Assembly (NCBI RefSeq): GCF_001194135.2
Contig: NC_069005.1
Coordinates: 29,471,868 to 29,517,808, forward strand
Length of the DNA stretch: 45,941 bases
Origin: Octopus bimaculoides
Lineage: Eukaryota
Direction: 5' to 3'
Within the stretch, counting starts at the first letter, position 1; each line of letters opens with the position of its first letter. The notes under the pieces are model-generated. The model was not told the origin of the DNA, ran no database searches, and saw nothing but the letters and a program-made list of their open reading frames with translations. The translations under genes and the position numbers were made by a program. Below are positions 36,581-45,941 of this stretch, one piece after another.

Positions 36581-39460
36581 ACGTTCGTTCGTACATACGT
36601 TTGTTGGTTAATTCTTTCGAGCGTAAGTTCTTTCGTTCGTTCGTATGTATGTACGTTCGTTCTTTCTTTATTTCGATCTTTCGTTCGTTCGTACGTATGT
36701 ACCTACATTTGTTCGTTAAATCGTTTGATCTATCGTTCGATCCTTCTTTCATTCATTCGTACGTGCGAACGAACGAACATAAAACGTACGTATGTTCTTT
36801 CGTTCGTTCGTTTGTTTGTTTGTTCATTCTAATGTACGTACGTTCATTCGTTTGTACGTATGTACGCACGTCGTACGTTAGTTCGTTCGATCGTTTTATC
36901 TTCGTCCGTACATACATACGTGCGTTCATTCATTCGTTCCTTCGATCGTTCGTTCGTACGTATGTACGTTCGTTCCTTCATTCGTTCGTGCGTACGTAAT
37001 TATGTTCCTTCGTACTTACGTACGTACGAACGAACAAAAGAAAGAACGTAAGTACGAACGAATTTAATTAAGTACGTACGTTCGTTCCTTCTTTCGTATG
37101 TTCGTTTGTTCCTCCGTACGTACGGTTGTTCGTTCGTTCGTACGTATGTACCTAAGATTGTTCGTTAAATCGTTTGTTCTATCGTTCGTTCGTACGTACG
37201 TAGTACGTTCTTTCATTCGTTCGTACGTACGTACGTAATAACGTTCGTTCTTATTTACGTACGTACTTTCGTTCGTACATTCGTTCGATCGACTGTACGT
37301 ACGTACGTTCGTTTATTCGTACTATGTACGTTCGTTCAGTCGTCCGTACATACGTTAGTTCATTCGTTCGCTCGTTCCTACGTACGGATGTATGTACGTA
37401 CGTTCGTTCGTTTATACATTCTAATGTACGTACATACCTTCGTACGGACGTATGTACGCACGTTCCTTCGTTCGCTCGATCGTACGTACGTACTTTTGTT
37501 CATTCGTTGGTTCATTCTTGAGTTTGTTCGTAGGTACTACGTATGTACGTTCGTTTATTTATTCGTGCGTACTTACTTAGGTACGTACGATTGTTCGTTC
37601 GTACGTACTTTCGTTCCTTCTTACGTATGAACGTACGTACAAACGTACCACCCTTTGTTCGTAGCTTCGTATGCATGTACGAACGCACGTCATATGTACG
37701 TGCGTTCGTTCGTTCGGTCATTCGTACATACGTACGTATGTACGTACATTCGTTTCTTCGATCGTTCGTTAGTTCGTTTGTACTTACGTACGAACGTACG
37801 TTCGTTCGTTTTTACATACGTTCGGAGGAATAAAAGAACGAACGTAAGTACGTACGAACGAAGGTACGTACGAGCGAACGAACGAACAAAAGAAAGAACT
37901 TGTACGTCCTGTCTTTCGTTCGTTCGCTCGTACGTACCTTCGTTTGTTTGTTCGTACGTGCCTACGTACTTTCGTTCGTTCTTTTGTTCATTCGTTCCAT
38001 CGTTCGTTTGTGCGTTGTTTCGATCAATCGTTCGTTCGTTCCTACGTACGTACGTACGTTCATTTGTTCCTTCGTACGTACGGTTGTTCGTTCGTTCCTA
38101 CGTATACACCTACGATTGTTCGTTAAATCGTTTGTTCTATCATTCGTTCCTTCTTTCGTTCATTCGTTCGTTAATTCTTTCATTCGTTCGTTCGCTGATT
38201 CATACGTATGTTCGTTCGTTACTACGTACGTATGTGCGAAATGTCGTTCGTTCGTTCCTTTGTTCGTACATACGTACGTTCGCTCGTTCATCCGTTCGTT
38301 CATACGTACGTAATTACATTCGTTCCTTAATTTCGTTCGTTCGAACATACGTAATTACGTTCGTTCGTACGTACGTAACTACGTTCGATCGTTCGTTCGT
38401 ACATTCGTTCTTTCGTTCGCTCGTTCCTACGTACGGATGTATGTACGTTCGTTCGTTCGTACGTACGTTCGTTTGTTTGTTCGTTCGATCTTTCTTTCGT
38501 TCTTTCGTTCGTTCGTTTGTTCATTCTAATGTACGTACTACGTACTTTTGTTCGTTCGTTCGCTTTTACGTACGGACGTATGTACGCACGTTCCTTCGAT
38601 CGTACGTACGTACGTTTGTTAGTTCATTCGTTGGTTCGTTCGTTCGTAGGTACGTACATATGTAGGTTCGTTTGTTCATTCGTGCGTACTTACTTAGGTA
38701 CGTACATTCGTTCATTCGTTCGTCCGCAAGTACGTACGTTCGTGCGTACTTACCTACGTATGTTCGTTCGTTCGTACATACGTACGTACGTTCGTTCTTT
38801 CGGACGTACGGACATTCTTTTCTTCGATCGTTCGTTCATTCGTTCTTTCGTTCGTACCTACGTACATACTTACGTTCGTTCGATCCTTCATTCGTTTTGT
38901 TTGTTCGATCGTTAGTTCGTGTGTACGAATGTACGTTCGTTCGTTTTTACGTACGTTCGTTCATTCTTTCGTACGTACGTTCGTTCTCTCGTTCTTTCGT
39001 ACTTACCAACGTACGTTCGTTCGTTATTCCGTATGCTCGTTCGCTCGATCGTTCGTACGTATTTACGTAAGTTCATTCGTTGATCGTTCGTTTATTTGCT
39101 CAGTCGTTTGTTCGTTCGGTCATTCGTACGTACGTACTTACCTTCGTTTGTCGGTTCGTCCTGTCGTTCGTATGTATGTACGTTCGTTCGTTCGTTAGTT
39201 CTTTCCTTGGTTCATTCTTTCGTTCGTTCGTTCGTATGTACGTTCATTTGTTCATTCGGACGTACGTACTTAGGTTCGTATTTACGTACGTACGTTCGTT
39301 CGTTCTATCGCTCGTTCGTTCATACGTACTTATCTACGTACGTCCGTTCATTCGTTCGTATGTACGTACGATCGTTCGTACGTACGTTCTTTCATTCGTT
39401 CGTTCGTTCATAAGTACGTACGTTCGTTCGTTCGTTCGCTCATTCGTTCATTGGTTCGTA
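36581..39460. repeat. Complex CpG-rich tetranucleotide array (CGTT/CGTA/CATT/TGTT/CTTT mosaic), at least 2.9 kb, ending in a gap
   Basis: Directly visible. Contains recurring longer blocks and short inverted (AACG) segments. Confidence 0.95.
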
Positions 39461-39647
39461 NNNNNNNNNNNNNNNNNNNNNNNNNNNNNNNNNNNNNNNN
39501 NNNNNNNNNNNNNNNNNNNNNNNNNNNNNNNNNNNNNNNNNNNNNNNNNNNNNNNNNNNNAATCCTGGTTCTTATTTCATCAGTCTCTTTTTCCAAACCA
39601 CTACATTATACATATATATACACACATATATGAAAGATAACTTGAAG

Positions 39648-42600
39648 TTACTTGACTGGCCATTCATTGATGTCTTCAAATAAAAAAGAAGGCAATAAGC
39701 AGTCCTTGAGATTGGACCACTGCAAAGAAGGAAATACGTCTGATATCGGAGTGAATTCACTGTCTTCTATCAATAAAACTTTAACAACATCTTTTTGGTA
39801 AATACCATTATGGCTTTTGCTGTTTTCTCTGGAAGAATAAGCATGTTCTTGGCTAATGTTCAGAGTCGAATTAATCCTGGAGCGGTTCTTATACCGCAGT
39901 GTATTGCTGTAGTTAGCCGTGATCTTCCAGTTGTTGGACATGTCTATGCTGCTAGCATTATGTAGAGTCTCAACTATTGGTGTTTGAGTAAATATTGTAT
40001 TCTGGGGTTGGTTCAATTCGTTTGGCGCTGATGAATTCGTTAAGGGATTCTTTCTCTGATTCTCCTCTGACACAAGTTTCTTTACGGCACTTTTATTCTG
40101 TCGACTGTTAAGATTGCTCTCACCAGGGACTGAAGTCTGTTGCCGTGCCAAGAACGGTGGAATTGTCATTTGAGGGAAATCTTCACTGGAAGCTACAGAC
40201 AAAGGTGGCAAAGAGTTCTTTGAATTTGGAGCTATAAATGAAGAATTAAGTTTGTTTGGATTTGAACTGTTCACTTGATTCGTTGGCAGATTGACAATAT
40301 TCTTAGAGATTTTGGGAACCTGGTTTGGCATCATACCTTGGAGATTTAGCTGCAAATGCTGCTCTTCTATGGAATACTGATCCATAACATTTGTGTTAAC
40401 ATTCACGATTGGCCGTTTGTTGCCTTCAATTTCAGCTCTGTTTTCTGTTGTAATTTTAACATGTTTAGAAGGTAGACTCATGGAACAAACTGTACTGGTT
40501 TTATCAGACTGGTTCTTACCAACATCTACAAGCGAGTCATTTGCTGGAGGCTCTGTAGTCTTAGAAGACGCTATTTCAGTAGTCTTTGGCCGATGACATA
40601 ATGGAAGATTCAGTTTTTCCTTAGCAATTCGACAAAATGCATTGTGAGAGTCAAATAGGGACTTTAATGTTCTCTGCTGAATTTTAAGAGTGTTGATTTT
40701 TTTAAGGAGAATGGCTTTTGATTTTGCAGTGTGGTTCATTTGCAAGCCCTGTTGTTTCAACAGTTCACAAGTGATTGAATTCGTTTTTTTAATATCTGAC
40801 AATTTTTCTTGTGATGTTAGTAGAAGATCTAGAGAAAGACAAAAAGATATAAACATTTTTAACATTGTACAAATGTGGATGATAAAAAAACAGAAGTAAA
40901 ATCTACATTCTAAAGACAAGTTAATGATTCTCAAAATTATCTTAACCCTTTAAATACTGACTTACCCAAGACCATCCATGGTTCGGCGAAACAAATTTCC
41001 TACTTTAACTCTTTAGCATTTGAACTGGCCATATCTGACCCAAATATGTCACATGATTTATGTTCTAATCAGCCAGATCCAGCCTATCACACCTACCCTT
41101 CAATGCCACTATAAAATATACAATCTCATTATCAAAAGTTCAAAGCTACAAAATAATGCCATATTAATTAAAAACAATTTGAATGCTAAAGGGTTAAAGT
41201 AAACTAAATTAAAACCTTCATCAAACTTTTAAGTTTATGTTCCAAACAGGCTTACTCTTTTACTTGTTTCAGTCATTTGACTGTGGCCATGCTGGAGCAC
41301 CACCTTTAGTTGAGCAAATCAACCCCAGGACTTAGTCTTTGTACTTATTCTATAGGTCTCTTNNNNNNNNNNNNNNNNNNNNNNNNNNNNNNNNNNNNNN
41401 NNNNNNNNNNNNNNNNNNNNNNNNNNNNNNATATATATATATATACGATGGGCTTCTTTCAGTTTCCGTCTACCAAATCCACTCACAAGGCTTTGGTCAG
41501 CCCGAGGCTATAGTAGAAGACACTTGCCCAAGGTGCCACGCAGTGGGATTGAACCTGGAACCATGTGGCTGGTAAGAAAGCTACTTACCACAGAGCCACC
41601 CCGTGCCTAGCTTAATAATGACAAAGGCTGTGTTTTTCAACAGAAACATGGTAAAATGGTAAAGAAACGGTTAAATTAAAATGAAATTTTGATATTTAGA
41701 TCGTTTATGTTTCAAAAACCAGTTAAATAATGCCAAAGTAATTTTACTAAATTTTGTCAATCTTTTCCAAATTCACTGAATCACAGGCAGTGTAGTTCAA
41801 TAGAAATGTGGTAACGAAAGGGTTAAGTCGTCTCACATTTTATTAGGGAGTGTCTCAAAATTTTCAAAAATAATTTGTGCATTGTAGAAGTAAAACCAGT
41901 TTATTGCACATGAATTAACAACAAAATCTAGAATGGACACTAGTTGAGGACCACTAATATAGACTAAGGATCCAGTTAGCTTGGAAAGGAGGGTAATACT
42001 GATGACCTTTGCAAGCCTTCAAAGTATGGTAGGTGAGACTGATATGACTAATGGCTATTCTGAACATTTGGTCATTGTCCGAAGAAGAAAAATGGTAGGT
42101 AAGGAGTGGTCTGATTCAGATTGTGACAACAAATGAGCTCCCTTTATCGTACCTTTTTAAGGTACTGTAAAGAGGACTAGGGACAAGGGGATAGTACTGG
42201 ATCTACCACACATGTGAGGGAACTAAAAGCCTGATCCAAATATTTGGAATAGGATGGAATCTACTAAAAGGCACCTAAATTGTCAGGTGAGGTGTACTGA
42301 ATCAGGTGACTGTAGAGTTACACAAGGGAGATAACCAGTGGTATGTTATTGATAAGTCCAGCTGAAGTGGATTCTACTAAAAGTAGCTAAGAGCCGGTGG
42401 TGGTGGTGGTGGTGGTGGTGGGGCTAGTATTAAACTGGGGAGGGGTTTGTTTAATCTACACTTCCCCCAAGATGATTTTCAACTCACAGGCGCATGTGTG
42501 GTAAGAAGTTTGCTTCAATCTTTTATCTTAATCATTAGACAACAGCCATGCTGAGGCACCACTTTGAAGAATTAGTTAAATGAATCGACCCCAGTACTTT

Positions 42601-45600
42601 TTCTTTTTAAAGCCTGGTACTTATTCTACCAATCTCTTTTGCTGAACCACTAAGTTATGGGGACGTAAACACACAAAGACTCACACATGTTCAATGGGCA
42701 TCTTTCAGTTTCCATCCGCCAAATCCACTTACAAAGCTCTGGTCAACCCAAGACTATAGTAGAAGCTACATGTCCAAGGTGTCACATGTGGGACTGAACC
42801 TGGTACCATGTGGTTGGGAAGCAAGCTTCTTACCACGCAGCCATGCCTATATTGTTTCATTTAATTTTGAAAAAATAGCAAAGAATTCAGTAAAATAATT
42901 TGGTCATTATTTAACAGCTGCTGTTTGCAATATAAATTCACACACAATTTTGATAGAAGTCTTTAACTTAGATCACAGGACCAACAACAGCCTCAGGTGG
43001 GTTAATTTACAGAAGTTTCCTCAATAAGACCATATCTAATAATCAACATGTAATGCTTCCCCTTTTAAAACAATTGGTCTTTCACTTACTTGTCAGGTTA
43101 GAATAGGATTTAGTTAACAGTTGCTGCTGTATAATCTTGTGAAGTTTTTTAACCTCCACTATACTGGCTCTCACTGTTTTTGGTTTCTTGAAAGAAATTT
43201 ATTAGCAAAATTGTATTAAAAAAGTTGATGAGAAGAAAGAATTAATGTAGTAACTAATTAACAATTAACTGACAGAATTTTTTCTTTTGTTTATTTTCAA
43301 TTAAATATTCATCTCACACACAAAGGAACATATTTGACAGTGCATAAAATGCATTCTTGAATAAGGCAAACCTCTACTTTCTTGTGAGAAAAAAAATTTA
43401 CGCTTCATCGTACGAACATATACTTGGAGTTCCATCTGTAATACAGTTGTGTTTGATGTATGACAAGTTTTTGTTATATTTAAGAATGTAAAAAACACAC
43501 CACATACACTGGCATATATGGTATGCAACTGGTAGGAATTGAACCATTAATTCTCTTAGTTGGCATAGTGATACATTAGCGATTATGCTATAGTCATTGA
43601 GTTCTTCTTTTGCAGGGCTTAGAAAAACTGAAGGACTGTTGCAATAAGTGTGTGAATCTGAGAGGGGAATATGTTGAATAAGATCATAGTTAACTGATCC
43701 TCCTGTATTTTCTTTTACCCTTTAAAAATATTTAATGCCCTGAAACCAGTAGATTTACTATACAGCAGCCTTTATGCACATTTAGTGCCCTGGAAATTGG
43801 AGACCCCCTCCGAGGCACAAGTCAGGGCAAGGTTGTTTATGGAAGACCAGCAGTCACCCATGCATACATGCCTCCCCTCTCCATGTCATTGATGTCATCC
43901 AAGGGAAAGGCAAAGGGGCCGATACAGCTTGGCACCAGTGACATCATAACTCATTTCTACAGCTGAGTGAAATGGAGCAATGTGAAATAAAGTGTCTTGC
44001 TCAAGAATACAACATGCAGCCCGATTCGAACACCCAACCTCACGGTCGTAAGTTTGACGCTCTAACCACTGAGCCATGCGGCCTGGAAATAGTATACTAT
44101 ATGAGAGGGTGCTGAAAAGTTTCTGACTTTAAGGGATCACAAAAGGCCTGGCTGGGGGCCCAACTTTCTGAGTTCTTTTTACATTGGTTTTCTGGTATTA
44201 GTTTCAAATTTGGCACAAAGCCAGCAATTTCAGGGGAGGGGTTAGTTGATTACATTGACCCCAGTACTCAGCTGGTATTTATTTTAACGATCTTGAAAGG
44301 ACAACAGCTAAAGTTGACCTTGGCAGAATCTGAACTCAGAACACAAGATAGACAAAATGCCACTATGCATTTGGTCCAGGGTTGTAATGGTTCTATCGGT
44401 TTGTTGCCTTTCAGTTCCCTAATATTGAACACAATGAATCAAAATCTCTTACCAAAACAATATGAAATATCTTCAATGAAACTTAATACTTACTGTTTGA
44501 AAATGCTTTGACTTAGCATTGCGTGTCTGTTGGCTTTTGACGACAGGTTCTTCGGTGAAGCTATAGGGGTCGAAATCAGGAGGTTCTGTCAAAAGGATGG
44601 AACCTAACAAAAATTTGAGCAAAATAACGATTTACAATTATTAGAATCAGGGAGTTTGAACTAGAAATTGCACTGTAGATACACATATTAATTAACCTGA
44701 CCCCGTTATACTAAAAAAACCCCACAGAAACTCCAAAATACCAGCCTTCATATTATTTAATTAATAGTGTGGAAGGCGTCAAACTGGCAGAACTTTACCT
44801 TTCGTTCTTTTTTAGGCTGATAAAATAAAGTATCAATCAAGTATTGGGGTTGATGTAATCGACTACCCTCTACTTCCAATCCTCCCAAGATTGCTGGCCC
44901 TGTGTCAAAGTTCAAAACAATTACTTATGTGGATTTATATTTTACCTTGTGTTGTAGAATGTTTTCGGCCAGGATATAGAGTAACGTGACATTGACTGTT
45001 TTGGATCTCTTGAAATTTATGACGACCAGTTGTTGGTGCCATCTGTGAAGGTGGAACAGTCATCGTTTGGGACAGGCCGGCTGGCTGTGTTAGAGGGACC
45101 CGTGACTGACTTGATTCTTTAAAACTGAAATTGGTCTCGTTAAAATTAGAATCAACAGTTTTTGTTTTCCTTGAATCTGTAAGGGTAGCTGGTGACAGGT
45201 TTGTAAGTGGTAGAGTCACTTGTGATAGATTTGTGTCTGGAAGAGTCAACTGTGACTGGTTTGTATCTGGAAGAGTCAACTGTGACAGGTTTGTGTCTGG
45301 AAGAGTCAATTGTGACAGGTTTGTATCTGGAAGAGTCAACTGCGACAGGTTTGTGTCTGGAAGAGTCAACTGCGACAGGTTTGTGTCTGGGAGAGTCAAC
45401 TGTGACAGGTTTGTATCTGGAAGAGTCAACTGCGACAGGTTTGTATCTGGAAGAGTCAACTGCGACAAGTTTGTATCTGGAAGAGTCATTTGTGACAGGT
45501 TTGTATCAGGAAGAATTACTTGTGACTGGCATGTCTCTGAAAATGCATTTTGCGACGGGTTTATATCTGGAAGTGTCATTTGTGATAAACTTATGTTGGG

Positions 45601-45816
45601 AAGGGTGATTTGTGACTGGTTTATGTCTGGGATGGTAGTTTGTGACTTAGTAATGTCTGGAAGTGTCATTTGTGACTGGCTTAATTTTGGATCAGACATC
45701 TGTTCTTGGCTTGCATCTTGTACTGTTATTTTTCTGATTTCAGTATTCTTATCAATTGTTTCAGCAGAAAAAGTTGGAAATAATATTTCTGAACCAGAAG
45801 ATGATGCCACATCCAT
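39648..45816 (-). CDS. Gene D: uncharacterised protein (~752 aa) with SQ-decapeptide repeats and a coiled coil
   Basis: Exons 45816-44946, 44603-44494, 43186-43090, 40828-39648, all GT-AG with phases 1,0,1 consistent. An in-frame TAA just after the acceptor at 45847 supports ATG 45816 as the start. A possible extra phase-0/0 exon lies at 43435-43322. Confidence 0.72.
45181..45680 (-). repeat. Coding 30-bp minisatellite, ~17 units, consensus peptide SQLTLPDTNL
   Basis: 30-nt periodicity is directly visible (aagagtcaactgtgacaggtttgtgtctgg on +). The central 8 units are nearly identical and the flanking units are degenerate. Confidence 0.95.
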
Positions 45817-45941
45817 TGTTTTAATTCTGTTGGCAGAGATTTAAAACTGTCAAGTAAAAGAAATAAAGAAACAATTTTTTTTTTCATCATTTTTGAAATT
45901 ATGAGGGGCGTCTTTTTATAAAAAAAAAAAAAAAAAAAAAA

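Larger units (their letters stand above)
1343..41430. other. Assembly gaps (N runs): 1343-1457, 1972-2703, 14225-14551, 19346-19684, 39461-39560, 41363-41430
   Basis: Directly visible. Several are flanked by (TA)n microsatellites; further (TA)n tracts lie near 14800, 20650, 23820, 30935 and 31810. Confidence 0.99.

Noticed and set aside
36521-39640. Long ORFs rich in F/V/R/S/Y/T
   Set aside because: They are translations of the tetranucleotide array.
45131-45844. 237-aa plus-strand ORF with FVSGRVNCDR repeats
   Set aside because: It is antisense to gene D exon 1 and its openness follows from the stop-free repeat. Splice signals and the ATG context support only the minus strand.

Overview
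AT-rich, repeat-dense eukaryotic genomic DNA with six assembly gaps. It is most likely an octopus (coleoid cephalopod), judged only from my recollection of the SINE families. I reconstructed four spliced protein-coding genes by hand from splice sites and phase continuity: (A) an unnamed gene with two Castor-like HxHC zinc-finger modules and a coiled coil (+, 32-8050); (B) INO80E (-, 10040-24144), with one GC-AG intron; (C) RPL6 (+, non-coding TOP exon at ~24316, CDS 28667-36218), head-to-head with INO80E across a very short promoter; (D) an unnamed gene (-, 39648-45816) with ~17 tandem SQ-containing decapeptides and a coiled coil ending in a Fos/ATF3-like L-x3-H-x3-C motif. The strongest signal absent from the ORF track is three diverged box C/D snoRNAs in RPL6 intron 1, all sharing a 12-nt guide to 18S rRNA (human Um1288 / SNORD110 equivalent). 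Also present are a 2.9-kb CpG-rich mosaic tetranucleotide array between RPL6 and gene D, a decayed piggyBac transposase, many TTAA-flanked MITEs, mariner/Tc1 relics, hAT-type MITEs, an RTE LINE fragment and several SINE families. No database searches were run; family names come from recognised motifs.
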